Below are positions 38,501-53,500 of a DNA stretch of 64,000 nucleotides, in pieces. The position numbers were made by a program, and so were the translations under genes. The stretch's first letter is position 1. Each line of letters starts with the position of its first letter. The stretch lies in the NCBI RefSeq assembly GCF_009914755.1, contig NC_060927.1, one strand, 5' to 3'. The notes under the pieces were generated by a model. It made no database searches and was not told the DNA's origin. It saw only the letters and a list, made by a program, of their open reading frames with translations. Origin of the DNA: the human T2T-CHM13v2.0 reference genome, Homo sapiens.

Positions 38501-41500
38501 GTCTAGTTTTTATACGAAGATATTTCCTTTCTACCATTGGCGTCAAAGCGCTAGAATTCTCCACTTGCAAATTCCACAAAAAGAGTGTTTCCAATCTGCT
38601 CTGTCTAAAGGAAGGTTCAACTCTGTGAGTTGAATACACACACACAAAGAAGCTACTGAGAATTCCTTTGTCAAGAATTATAAGAAGAAATCCCGTTTCC
38701 AACGAAGGCCTCAAAGAGTTCCAAATATCCACTTGCACACTGCACAAACTAAGTCTTTCCAAACTGCTCTATGCAAAGAAATGTTCAACTCTGTGAGTTT
38801 AATACACACATCACAAAGCAGTTTCTGAGAATGATACTGTCTAGTTTTTATACGAAGATATTTCCTTTTGTACCATTGGCCTCATACTGCTAGAATTTTC
38901 CACTTGCAAATTCCACAAAAAGAGTGTTTCCAATCCGCTCTGTCTAAAGGAAGGTTCAACTCTCTGATTTGAATACATACATCCCAAAAGAAGTTACTGA
39001 GAATTCTTCTGTCTAGCATTATGTGAAGAAATCCCGTTTCCAACGAAAGCCTCAAAGAGGTCCAAATATCCAGTTGCAGAATTTACAAACTGACTGTTTC
39101 CAAACTCATCTATGAAAAGAAAGGTTAAACTCTGGGAGTTGAATGCACATATCACAAAGTAGTTCCTGAGAATGATTCTGTCTAGTTTTTATACGAAGAT
39201 ATTTCCTTTTCCACCAATGGCCTCAAAGTGCTTGAAATCTCCCCTTGCAAATTCCACAGACAAGTGTTTCAAATCTGCACTGTCTAAAGGAAGGTTCAAC
39301 CCTGTGAGTTGAATACACACACACAGAAAAAAATTCACTGAGAATTCTATTGTCTATCATTACACGAAGAAATCCCGTTTACTACGAAGGCCTCAAAGAG
39401 GTCCAAATATCCAGCTGCAGACATTACAAACTGAGTGTTTCCAAAGTGCTCTATGAAAAGAAGTGTTAAACACTGTGAGTTCAATGCACACATCCCAAAG
39501 CAGTTTCTGAGAATGATTCCGTCTATTTTTTCTACGAAGATATTTCCTTTTCTGCCGTTGGCCTCAAAGCGCTTGAAATCTCCACTTGCAAATTCCACAA
39601 AAAGAGAGTTTCAAATCTGCTCTGTCTAAAGGAAGGTTCAACTCTGTGAGTTGAATACACACCACAGAAAGAAGTTACTGAGAATTCTTCTGTCTAGCAT
39701 TATATGAAAAATCCCGTTTCCAACGAAGGCCACAAAGAGGTCCAAATATCCACTTGCAGATTCTGCAAAAAGAGTGTTTCCAAACTGCTCTATGAAAAGA
39801 AAGGTTAAACTCTGTGAGTTGAACACAAACATCACAAAGTAGTTTCTGAGAATGACTCCGTCTAGTTTTTATACGAAGATATTTCCTTTCCTACCATTCA
39901 CTTCAAAACGCTTGAAGTCTCCCCCTGAAAATTCCACAAAAAGTGTTTCCAATCTGCTCCGCCTAAAGGAAGCTTCAACTCTGTGAGTTGAATACCCACA
40001 ACCCAAAGAAGTTACTGAGAATTCTTCTGTCTAGCATTATATGAAGAAATCCCGTTTCCAACGAAGGCCTCAAATACATCCAAATATCCAGTTGCTGACT
40101 TTACAAACTGAGTGTTTCCAAACTGCTCTATGAAAAGAAAGGTTAAACACTGTGAGTTGAACACACACGTACCAAAGTAGTTTCTGAGAATGATTCTGTC
40201 TAGTTTGCATACGAAGATATTTCCTTTTCTACCATTGGCCTCAAAGCTCTGAAATCTCCACTTGCAAATTCCACAAAAAGAGAGTTTCAAATCTGCTGTT
40301 TCTAAAGGAAAGTTCAACTCTGAGAGTTGAATACACACCAGAAAAAGCAGTTACTGAGAAGTCTTCTGTCTAGCATTATATGAAGAAATCCCATTTCCAA
40401 CGAAGACTTCCAAGAGGTCCAAATATCCACTTGCAGATTCTGCAAAAAGAGTGTTTCGAAACAACTGTATGAAAAGAAAGGTTAAACACTGTGAGTTGAA
40501 CGCACACATTGCAAAGCAGTTTCTGAGAATGATTCCATCTAATTATTATACGAAGGTATTTCCTTTTCTATCATTGGCCTCAAAGCGCTTGATACCTCCA
40601 CCTGAAAATTCCACAAAAAGAGTGTTTCCAATCTACTCTGTCTAAAGGAACGTTCAACTCTGTGAGTTGAATACACACACACAGAAAGAATTCACTGAGA
40701 ATTCTTCTGTCTGGCATTACATGAAGAAATCCCGTTTCCAACGAAGGCCTCAAAGAGGTCCAAATATCCACTTGCAGATTCTGCAAAAAGAGTGTTTCAA
40801 AACCGCTCCATTAAAAGGAAGGTTGAACTCTGTGAGTTGAATGCAAACATCACAACTCAGTTTCTGAGAATGCTTCTGACTAGATTTTATGGTAAGATAT
40901 TTCCTTTTCTACCGTAGGCTTCAATGCCCTCTAAATACACCCTTGCAAATTCTACAAAGAGACTGTTTCATAACTGCTCTATAGGAAGAAAGGTTCAACT
41001 CTGTGAGTTGAATGCAGAGATCACAACGTGGTTTCTGCGAATGATTCTTTGTAGTTTTTACATGAAGATATTTCGTTGTCAACCGTAGGCTTCAAAGCAC
41101 TCAAAGTATTCACTTGGAACTTTTACAAAAAGAGTGTTAGAAAACTGCTCTTTCCAAAGTAAGGTTCAACTCTGTGAGTTGAATGCACCCATAACAATCA
41201 AGAAGTTTGTGAGAATTCTTCTGTCCTGGTTTATATGAAGAAATCCCGTTTCCAACGAAGGCCTCAAAGACGTTTAAATATCCACTTGCAGACTTCACAA
41301 ACAGAGGGTTTCCAAACTGCTCTATGAAAAGAAAGGTTAAACTCTGTGAGTTGAACGCACACATCACAAAGTAGTTTCTGAGAATGATACTGTCTAATTT
41401 TTATACGAAGATATTTCCTTTCTACCATTGGCGTCAAAGCGCTAGAATTCTCCACTTGCAAATTCCACAAAAAGAGTGTTTCCAATCTGCTCTGTCTAAA

Positions 41501-44500
41501 GGAAGGTTCAACTCTGTGAGTTGAATACACACACACAAAGAAGCTACTGAGAATTCTTTTGTCAAGAATTATAAGAAGAAATCCCGTTTCCAACGAAGGC
41601 CTCAAAGAGTTCCAAATATCCACTTGCACACTGCACAAACTAAGTCTTTCCAAACTGCTCTATGCAAAGAAATGTTCAACTCTGTGAGTTTAATACACAC
41701 ATCACAAAGCAGTTTCTGAGAATGATACTGTCTAGTTTTTATACGAAGATATTTCCTTTTGTACCATTGGCCTCATACTGCTAGAATTTTCCACTTGCAA
41801 ATTCCACAAAAAGAGTGTTTCCAATCCGCTCTGTCTAAAGGAAGGTTCAACTCTCTGATTTGAATACATACATCCCAAAAGAAGTTACTGAGAATTCTTC
41901 TGTCTAGCATTATGTGAAGAAATCCCGTTTCCAACGAAAGCCTCAAAGAGGTCCAAATATCCAGTTGCAGAATTTACAAACTGACTGTTTCCAAACTCAT
42001 CTATGAAAAGAAAGGTTAAACTCTGGGAGTTGAATGCACATATCACAAAGTAGTTCCTGAGAATGATTCTGTCTAGTTTTCATACGAAGATATTTCCTTT
42101 TCCACCAATGGCCTCAAAGTGCTTGAAATCTCCCCTTGCAAATTCCACAGACAAGTGTTTCAAATCTGCACTGTCTAAAGGAAGGTTCAACCCTGTGAGT
42201 TGAATACACACACACAGAAACAAATTCACTGAGAATTCTATTGTCTATCATTACACGAAGAAATCCCGTTTACTACGAAGGCCTCAAAGAGGTCCAAATA
42301 TCCAGCTGCAGACATTACAAACTGAGTGTTTCCAAAGTGCTCTATGAAAAGAAGTGTTAAACACTGTGAGTTCAATGCACACATCCCAAAGCAGTTTCTG
42401 AGAATGATTCCGTCTATTTTTTCTACGAAGATATTTCCTTTTCTGCCGTTGGCCTCAAAGCGCTTGAAATCTCCACTTGCAAATTCCACAAAAAGAGAGT
42501 TTCAAATCTGCTCTGTCTAAAGGAAGGTTCAACTCTGTGAGTTGAATACACACCACAAAAAGAAGTTACTGAGAATTCTTCTGTCTAGCATTATATGAAA
42601 AATCCCGTTTCCAACGAAGGCCACAAAGAGGTCCAAATATCCACTTGCAGATTCTGCAAAAAGAGTGTTTCCAAACTGCTCTATGAAAAGAAACGTTAAA
42701 CTCTGTGAGTTGAACGCAAACATCACAAAGTAGTTTCTGAGAATGACTCCGTCTAGTTTTTATACGAAGATATTTCCTTTCCTACCATTCACTTCAAAGC
42801 GCTTGAAGTCTCCCCCTGAAAATTCCACAAAAAGTGTTTCCAATCTGCTCCGCCTAAAGGAAGCTTCAACTCTGTGAGTTGAATACCCACAACCCAAAGA
42901 AGTTACTGAGAATTCTTCTGTCTAGCATTATATGAAGAAATCCCGTTTCCAACGAAGGCCTCAAATACATCCAAATATCCAGTTGCTGACTTTACAAACT
43001 GAGTGTTTCCAAACTGCTCTATGAAAAGAAAGGTTAAACACTGTGAGTTGAACACACACGTACCAAAGTAGTTTCTGAGAATGATTCTGTCTAGTTTGCA
43101 TACGAAGATATTTCCTTTTCTACCATTGGCCTCAAAGCTCTGAAATCTCCACTTGCAAATTCCACAAAAAGAGAGTTGCAAATCTGCTGTTTCTAAAGGA
43201 AAGTTCAACTCTGAGAGTTGAATACACACCAGAAAAAGCAGTTACTGAGAAGTCTTCTGTCTAGCATTATATGAAGAAATCCCATTTCCAACGAAGACTT
43301 CAAAGAGGTCCAAATATCCACTTGCAGATTCTGCAAAAAGAGTGTTTCGAAACAACTGTATGAAAAGAAAGGTTAAACACTGTGAGTTGAACGCACACAT
43401 TGCAAAGCAGTTTCTGAGAATGATTCCGTCTAATTATTATACGAAGGTATTTCCTTTTCTATCATTGGCCTCAAAGCGCTTGATACCTCCACCTGAAAAT
43501 TCCACAAAAAGAGTGTTTCCAATCTACTCTGTCTAAAGGAACGTTCAACTCTGTGAGTTGAATACACACACACAGAAAGAATTCACTGAGAATTCTTCTG
43601 TCTGGCATTACATGAAGAAATCCCGTTTCCAACGAAGGCCTCAAAGAGGTCCAAATATCCACTTGCAGATTCTGCAAAAAGAGTGTTTCAAAACCGCTCC
43701 ATTAAAAGGAAGGTTGAACTCTGTGAGTTGAATGCAAACATCACAACTCAGTTTCTGAGAATGCTTCTGACTAGATTTTATGGTAAGATATTTCCTTTTC
43801 TACCGTAGGCTTCAATGCCCTCTAAATACACCCTTGCAAATTCTACAAAGAGACTGTTTCATAACTGCTCTATAGGAAGAAAGGTTCAACTCTGTGAGTT
43901 GAATGCAGAGATCACAACGTGGTTTCTGCGAATGATTCTTTGTAGTTTTTACATGAAGATATTTCGTTGTCAACCGTAGGCTTCAAAGCACTCAAAGTAT
44001 TCACTTGGAACTTTTACAAAAAGAGTGTTAGAAAACTGCTCTTTCCAAAGTAAGGTTCAACTCTGTGAGTTGAATGCACACATAACAATCAAGAAGTTTG
44101 TGAGAATTCTTCTGTCCTGGTTTATATGAAGAAATCCCGTTTCCAACGAAGGCCTCAAAGACGTTTAAATATCCACTTGCAGACTTCACAAACAGAGGGT
44201 TTCCAAACTGCTCTATGAAAAGAAAGGTTAAACTCTGTGAGTTGAACACACACATCACAAAGTAGTTTCTGAGAATGATACTGTCTAATTTTTATACGAA
44301 GATATTTCCTTTCTACCATTGGCGTCAAAGCGCTAGAATTCTCCACTTGCAAATTCCACAAAAAGAGTGTTTCCAATCTGCTCTGTCTAAAGGAAGGTTC
44401 AACTCTGTGAGTTGAATACACACACACAAAGAAGCTACTGAGAATTCTTTTGTCAATAATTATAAGAAGAAATCCCGTTTCCAACGAAGGCCTCAAAGAG

Positions 44501-47500
44501 TTCCAAATATCCACTTGCACACTGCACAAACTAAGTCTTTCCAAACTGCTCTATGCAAAGAAATGTTCAACTCTGTGAGTTTAATACACACATCACAAAG
44601 CAGTTTCTGAGAATGATACTGTCTAGTTTTTATACGAAGATATTTCCTTTTGTACCATTGGCCTCATACTGCTAGAATTTTCCACTTGCAAATTCCACAA
44701 AAAGAGTGTTTCCAATCCGCTCTGTCTAAAGGAAGGTTCAACTCTCTGATTTGAATACATACATCCCAAAAGAAGTTACTGAGAATTCTTCTGTCTAGCA
44801 TTATGTGAAGAAATCCCGTTTCCAACGAAAGCCTCAAAGAGGTCCAAATATCCAGTTGCAGAATTTACAAACTGACTGTTTCCAAACTCATCTATGAAAA
44901 GAAAGGTTAAACTCTGTGAGTTGAATGCACATATCACAAAGTAGTTCCTGAGAATGATTCTGTCTAGTTTTCATACGAAGATATTTCCTTTTCCACCAAT
45001 GGCCTCAAAGTGCTTGAAATCTCCCCTTGCAAATTCCACAGACAAGTGTTTCAAATCTGCACTGTCTAAAGGAAGGTTCAACCCTGTGAGTTGAATACAC
45101 ACACACAGAAACAAATTCACTGAGAATTCTATTGTCTATCATTACACGAAGAAATCCCGTTTACTACGAAGGCCTCAAAGAGGTCCAAATATCCAGCTGC
45201 AGACATTACAAACTGAGTGTTTCCAAAGTGCTCTATGAAAAGAAGTGTTAAACACTGTGAGTTCAATGCACACATCCCAAAGCAGTTTCTGAGAATGATT
45301 CCGTCTATTTTTTCTACGAAGATATTTCCTTTTCTACCGTTGGCCTCAAAGCGCTTGAAATCTCCACTTGCAAATTCCACAAAAAGAGAGTTTCAAATCT
45401 GCTCTGTCTAAAGGAAGGTTCAACTCTGTGAGTTGAATACACACCACAAAAAGAAGTTACTGAGAATTCTTCTGTCTAGCATTATATGAAAAATCCCGTT
45501 TCCAACGAAGGCCACAAAGAGGTCCAAATATCCACTTGCAGATTCTGCAAAAAGAGTGTTTCCAAACTGCTCTATGAAAAGAAACGTTAAACTCTGTGAG
45601 TTGAACGCAAACATCACAAAGTAGTTTCTGAGAATGACTCCGTCTAGTTTTTATACGAAGATATTTCCTTTCCTACCATTCACTTCAAAGCGCTTGAAGT
45701 CTCCCCCTGAAAATTCCACAAAAAGTGTTTCCAATCTGCTCCGCCTAAAGGAAGCTTCAACTCTGTGAGTTGAATACCCACAACCCAAAGAAGTTACTGA
45801 GAATTCTTCTGTCTAGCATTATATGAAGAAATCCCGTTTCCAACGAAGGCCTCAAATACATCCAAATATCCAGTTGCTGACTTTACAAACTGAGTGTTTC
45901 CAAACTGCTCTATGAAAAGAAAGGTTAAACACTGTGAGTTGAACACACACGTACCAAAGTAGTTTCTGAGAATGATTCTGTCTAGTTTGCATACGAAGAT
46001 ATTTCCTTTTCTACCATTGGCCTCAAAGCTCTGAAATCTCCACTTGCAAATTCCACAAAAAGAGAGTTTCAAATCTGCTGTTTCTAAAGGAAAGTTCAAC
46101 TCTGAGAGTTGAATACACACCAGAAAAAGCAGTTACTGAGAAGTCTTCTGTCTAGCATTATATGAAGAAATCCCATTTCCAACGAAGACTTCAAAGAGGT
46201 CCAAATATCCACTTGCAGATTCTGCAAAAAGAGTGTTTCGAAACAACTGTATGAAAAGAAAGGTTAAACACTGTGAGTTGAACGCACACATTGCAAAGCA
46301 GTTTCTGAGAATGATTCCGTCTAATTATTATACGAAGGTATTTCCTTTTCTATCATTGGCCTCAAAGCGCTTGATACCTCCACCTGAAAATTCCACAAAA
46401 AGAGTGTTTCCAATCTACTCTGTCTAAAGGAACGTTCAACTCTGTGAGTTGAATACACACACACAGAAAGAATTCACTGAGAATTCTTCTGTCTGGCATT
46501 ACATGAAGAAATCCCGTTTCCAACGAAGGCCTCAAAGAGGTCCAAATATCCACTTGCAGATTCTGCAAAAAGAGTGTTTCAAAACCGCTCCATTAAAAGG
46601 AAGGTTGAACTCTGTGAGTTGAATGCAAACATCACAACTCAGTTTCTGAGAATGCTTCTGACTAGATTTTATGGTAAGATATTTCCTTTTCTACCGTAGG
46701 CTTCAATGCCCTCTAAATACACCCTTGCAAATTCTACAAAGAGACTGTTTCATAACTGCTCTATAGGAAGAAAGGTTCAACTCTGTGAGTTGAATGCAGA
46801 GATCACAACGTGGTTTCTGCGAATGATTCTTTGTAGTTTTTACATGAAGATATTTCGTTGTCAACCGTAGGCTTCAAAGCACTCAAAGTATTCACTTGGA
46901 ACTTTTACAAAAAGAGTGTTAGAAAACTGCTCTTTCCAAAGTAAGGTTCAACTCTGTGAGTTGAATGCACCCATAACAATCAAGAAGTTTGTGAGAATTC
47001 TTCTGTCCTGGTTTATATGAAGAAATCCCGTTTCCAACGAAGGCCTCAAAGACGTTTAAATATCCACTTGCAGACTTCACAAACAGAGGGTTTCCAAACT
47101 GCTCTGTGAAAAGGAAGGTTAAACTCTGTGAGTTGAACGCACACATCACAAAGTAGCTTCTGAGAATGATACTGTCTAGTTTTTATACGAAGATATTTCC
47201 TTTCTACCATTGGCGTCAAAGCGCTAGAATTCTCCACTTGCAAATTCCACAAAAAGAGTGTTTCCAATCTGCTCTGTCTAAAGGAAGGTTCAACTCTGTG
47301 AGTTGAATACACACACACAAAGAAGCTACTGAGAATTCCTTTGTCAAGAATTATAAGAAGAAATCCCGTTTCCAACGAAGGCCTCAAAGAGTTCCAAATA
47401 TCCACTTGCACACTGCACAAACTAAGTCTTTCCAAACTGCTCTATGCAAAGAAATGTTCAACTCTGTGAGTTTAATACACACATCACAAAGCAGTTTCTG

Positions 47501-50500
47501 AGAATGATACTGTCTAGTTTTTATACGAAGATATTTCCTTTTGTACCATTGGCCTCATACTGCTAGAATTTTCCACTTGCAAATTCCACAAAAAGAGTGT
47601 TTCCAATCCGCTCTGTCTAAAGGAAGGTTCAACTCTCTGATTTGAATACATACATCCCAAAAGAAGTTACTGAGAATTCTTCTGTCTAGCATTATGTGAA
47701 GAAATCCCGTTTCCAACGAAAGCCTCAAAGAGGTCCAAATATCCAGTTGCAGAATTTACAAACTGACTGTTTCCAAACTCATCTATGAAAAGAAAGGTTA
47801 AACTCTGGGAGTTGAATGCACATATCACAAAGTAGTTCCTGAGAATGATTCTGTCTAGTTTTCATACGAAGATATTTCCTTTTCCACCAATGGCCTCAAA
47901 GTGCTTGAAATCTCCCCTTGCAAATTCCACAGACAAGTGTTTCAAATCTGCACTGTCTAAAGGAAGGTTCAACCCTGTGAGTTGAATACACACACACAGA
48001 AACAAATTCACTGAGAATTCTATTGTCTATCATTACACGAAGAAATCCCGTTTACTACGAAGGCCTCAAAGAGGTCCAAATATCCAGCTGCAGACATTAC
48101 AAACTGAGTGTTTCCAAAGTGCTCTATGAAAAGAAGTGTTAAACACTGTGAGTTCAATGCACACATCCCAAAGCAGTTTCTGAGAATGATTCCGTCTATT
48201 TTTTCTACGAAGATATTTCCTTTTCTGCCGTTGGCCTCAAAGCGCTTGAAATCTCCACTTGCAAATTCCACAAAAAGAGAGTTTCAAATCTGCTCTGTCT
48301 AAAGGAAGGTTCCACTCTGTGAGTTGAATACACACCACAAAAAGAAGTTACTGAGAATTCTTCTGTCTAGCATTATATGAAAAATCCCGTTTCCAACGAA
48401 GGCCACAAAGAGGTCCAAATATCCACTTGCAGATTCTGCAAAAAGAGTGTTTCCAAACTGCTCTATGAAAAGAAACGTTAAACTCTGTGAGTTGAACGCA
48501 AACATCACAAAGTAGTTTCTGAGAATGACTCCGTCTAGTTTTTATACGAAGATATTTCCTTTCCTACCATTCACTTCAAAGCGCTTGAAGTCTCCCCCTG
48601 AAAATTCCACAAAAAGTGTTTCCAATCTGCTCCGCCTAAAGGAAGCTTCAACTCTGTGAGTTGAATACCCACAACCCAAAGAAGTTACTGAGAATTCTTC
48701 TGTCTAGCATTATATGAAGAAATCCCGTTTCCAACGAAGGCCTCAAATACATCCAAATATCCAGTTGCTGACTTTACAAACTGAGTGTTTCCAAACTGCT
48801 CTATGAAAAGAAAGGTTAAACACTGTGAGTTGAACACACACGTACCAAAGTAGTTTCTGAGAATGATTCTGTCTAGTTTGCATACGAAGATATTTCCTTT
48901 TCTACCATTGGCCTCAAAGCTCTGAAATCTCCACTTGCAAATTCCACAAAAAGAGAGTTTCAACTCTGCTGTTTCTAAAGGAAAGTTCAACTCTGAGAGT
49001 TGAATACACACCAGAAAAAGCAGTTACTGAGAAGTCTTCTGTCTAGCATTATATGAAGAAATCCCATTTCCAACGAAGACTTCAAAGAGGTCCAAATATC
49101 CACTTGCAGATTCTGCAAAAAGAGTGTTTCGAAACAACTGTATGAAAAGAAAGGTTAAACACTGTGAGTTGAACGCACACATTGCAAAGCAGTTTCTGAG
49201 AATGATTCCGTCTAATTATTATACGAAGGTATTTCCTTTTCTATCATTGGCCTCAAAGCGCTTGATACCTCCACCTGAAAATTCCACAAAAAGAGTGTTT
49301 CCAATCTACTCTGTCTAAAGGAACGTTCAACTCTGTGAGTTGAATACACACACACAGAAAGAATTCACTGAGAATTCTTCTGTCTGGCATTACATGAAGA
49401 AATCCCGTTTCCAACGAAGGCCTCAAAGAGGTCCAAATATCCACTTGCAGATTCTGCAAAAAGAGTGTTTCAAAACCGCTCCATTAAAAGGAATGTTGAA
49501 CTCTGTGAGTTGAATGCAAACATCACAACTCAGTTGCTGAGAATGCTTCTGACTAGATTTTATGGTAAGATATTTCCTTTTCTACCGTAGGCTTCAATGC
49601 CCTCTAAATACACCCTTGCAAATTCTACAAAGAGACTGTTTCATAACTGCTCTATAGGAAGAAAGGTTCAACTCTGTGAGTTGAATGCAGAGATCACAAC
49701 GTGGTTTCTGCGAATGATTCTTTGTAGTTTTTACATGAAGATATTTCGTTGTCAACCGTAGGCTTCAAAGCACTCAAAGTATTCACTTGGAACTTTTACA
49801 AAAAGAGTGTTAGAAAACTGCTCTTTCCAAAGTAAGGTTCAACTCTGTGAGTTGAATGCACACATAACAATCAAGAAGTTTCTGAGAATTCTTCTGTACT
49901 GGTTTATATGAAGAAATCCCGTTTCCAACGAAGGCCTCAAAGACGTTTAAATATCCACTTGCAGACTTCACAAACAGAGGGTTTCCAAACTGCTCTGTGA
50001 AAAGGAAGGTTAAACTCTGTGAGTTGAACGCACACATCACAAAGTAGCTTCTGAGAATGATACTGTCTAGTTTTTATACGAAGATATTTCCTTTCTACCA
50101 TTGGCGTCAAAGCGCTAGAATTCTCCACTTGCAAATTCCACAAAAAGAGTGTTTCCAATCTGCTCTGTCTAAAGGAAGGTTCAACTCTGTGAGTTGAATA
50201 CACACACACAAAGAAGCTACTGAGAATTCCTTTGTCAAGAATTATAAGAAGAAATCCCGTTTCCAACGAAGGCCTCAAAGAGTTCCAAATATCCACTTGC
50301 ACACTGCACAAACTAAGTCTTTCCAAACTGCTCTATGCAAAGAAATGTTCAACTCTGTGAGTTTAATACACACATCACAAAGCAGTTTCTGAGAATGATA
50401 CTGTCTAGTTTTTATACGAAGATATTTCCTTTTGTACCATTGGCCTCATACTGCTAGAATTTTCCACTTGCAAATTCCACAAAAAGAGTGTTTCCAATCC

Positions 50501-53500
50501 GCTCTGTCTAAAGGAAGGTTCAACTCTCTGATTTGAATACATACATCCCAAAAGAAGTTACTGAGAATTCTTCTGTCTAGCATTATGTGAAGAAATCCCG
50601 TTTCCAACGAAAGCCTCAAAGAGGTCCAAATATCCAGTTGCAGAATTTACAAACCGACTGTTTCCAAACTCATCTATGAAAAGAAAGGTTAAACTCTGTG
50701 AGTTGAATGCACATATCACAAAGTAGTTCCTGAGAATGATTCTGTCTAGTTTTTATACGAAGATATTTCCTTTTCCACCAATGGCCTCAAAGTGCTTGAA
50801 ATCTCCCCTTGCAAATTCCACAGACAAGTGTTTCAAATCTGCACTGTCTAAAGGAAGGTTCAACCCTGTGAGTTGAATACACACACACAGAAAAAAATTC
50901 ACTGAGAATTCTATTGTCTATCATTACACGAAGAAATCCCGTTTACTACGAAGGCCTCAAAGAGGTCCAAATATCCAGCTGCAGACATTACAAACTGAGT
51001 GTTTCCAAAGTGCTCTATGAAAAGAAGTGTTAAACACTGTGAGTTCAATGCACACATCCCAAAGCAGTTTCTGAGAATGATTCCGTCTATTTTTTCTACG
51101 AAGATATTTCCTTTTCTGCCGTTGGCCTCAAAGCGCTTGAAATCTCCACTTGCAAATTCCACAAAAAGAGAGTTTCAAATCTGCTCTGTCTAAAGGAAGG
51201 TTCAACTCTGTGAGTTGAATACACACCACAAAAAGAAGTTACTGAGAATTCTTCTGTCTAGCATTATATGAAAAATCCCGTTTCCAACGAAGGCCACAAA
51301 GAGGTCCAAATATCCACTTGCAGATTCTGCAAAAAGAGTGTTTCCAAACTGCTCTATGAAAAGAAACGTTAAACTCTGTGAGTTGAACGCAAACATCACA
51401 AAGTAGTTTCTGAGAATGACTCCGTCTAGTTTTTATACGAAGATATTTCCTTTCCTACCATTCACTTCAAAGCGCTTGAAGTCTCCCCCTGAAAATTCCA
51501 CAAAAAGTGTTTCCAATCTGCTCCGCCTAAAGGAAGCTTCAACTCTGTGAGTTGAATACCCACAACCCAAAGAAGTTACTGAGAATTCTTCTGTCTAGCA
51601 TTATATGAAGAAATCCCGTTTCCAACGAAGGCCTCAAATACATCCAAATATCCAGTTGCTGACTTTACAAACTGAGTGTTTCCAAACTGCTCTATGAAAA
51701 GAAAGGTTAAATACTGTGAGTTGAACACACACGTACCAAAGTAGTTTCTGAGAATGATTCTGTCTAGTTTGCATACGAAGATATTTCCTTTTCTACCATT
51801 GGCCTCAAAGCTCTGAAATCTCCACTTGCAAATTCCACAAAAAGAGAGTTTCAAATCTGCTGTTTCTAAAGGAATGTTCAACTCTGAGAGTTGAATACAC
51901 ACCAGAAAAAGCAGTTACTGAGAAGTCTTCTGTCTAGCATTATATGAAGAAATCCCATTTCCAACGAAGACTTCAAAGAGGTCCAAATATCCACTTGCAG
52001 ATTCTGCAAAAAGAGTGTTTCGAAACAACTGTATGAAAAGAAAGGTTAAACACTGTGAGTTGAACGCACACATTGCAAAGCAGTTTCTGAGAATGATTCC
52101 GTCTAATTATTATACGAAGGTATTTCCTTTTCTATCATTGGCCTCAAAGCGCTTGATACCTCCACCTGAAAATTCCACAAAAAGAGTGTTTCCAATCTAC
52201 TCTGTCTAAAGGAACGTTCAACTCTGTGAGTTGAATACACACACACAGAAAGAATTCACTGAGAATTCTTCTGTCTGGCATTACATGAAGAAATCCCGTT
52301 TCCAACGAAGGCCTCAAAGAGGTCCAAATATCCACTTGCAGATTCTGCAAAAAGAGTGTTTCAAAACCGCTCCATTAAAAGGAATGTTGAACTCTGTGAG
52401 TTGAATGCAAACATCACAACTCAGTTGCTGAGAATGCTTCTGACTAGATTTTATGGTAAGATATTTCCTTTTCTACCGTAGGCTTCAATGCCCTCTAAAT
52501 ACACCCTTGCAAATTCTACAAAGAGACTGTTTCATAACTGCTCTATAGGAAGAAAGGTTCAACTCTGTGAGTTGAATGCAGAGATCACAACGTGGTTTCT
52601 GCGAATGATTCTTTGTAGTTTTTACATGAAGATATTTCGTTGTCAACCGTAGGCTTCAAAGCACTCAAAGTATTCACTTGGAACTTTTACAAAAAGAGTG
52701 TTAGAAAACTGCTCTTTCCAAAGTAAGGTTCAACTCTGTGAGTTGAATGCACACATAACAATCAAGAAGTTTCTGAGAATTCTTCTGTCCTGGTTTATAT
52801 GAAAAAATCCCGTTTCCAACGAAGACCTCAAAGACGTTTAAATATCCACTTGCAGACTTCACAAACAGAGGGTTTCCAAACTGCTCTGTGAAAAGAAAGG
52901 TTAAACTCTGTGAGTTGAACGCACACATCACAAAGTAGCTTCTGAGAATGATACTGTCTAGTTTTTATACGAAGATATTTCCTTTCTACCATTGGCGTCA
53001 AAGCGCTAGAATTCTCCACTTGCAAATTCCACAAAAAGAGTGTTTCCAATCTGCTCTGTCTAAAGGAAGGTTCAACTCTGTGAGTTGAATACACACACAC
53101 AAAGAAGCTACTGAGAATTCTTTTGTCAAGAATTATAAGAAGAAATCCCGTTTCCAACGAAGGCCTCAAAGAGTTCCAAATATCCACTTGCACACTGCAC
53201 AAACTAAGTCTTTCCAAACTGCTCTATGCAAAGAAATGTTCAACTCTGTGAGTTTAATACACACATCACAAAGCAGTTTCTGAGAATGATACTGTCTAGT
53301 TTTTATACGAAGATATTTCCTTTTGTACCATTGGCCTCATACTGCTAGAATTTTCCACTTGCAAATTCCACAAAAAGAGTGTTTCCAATCCGCTCTGTCT
53401 AAAGGAAGGTTCAACTCTCTGATTTGAATACATACATCCCAAAAGAAGTTACTGAGAATTCTTCTGTCTAGCATTATGTGAAGAAATCCTGTTTCCAAAG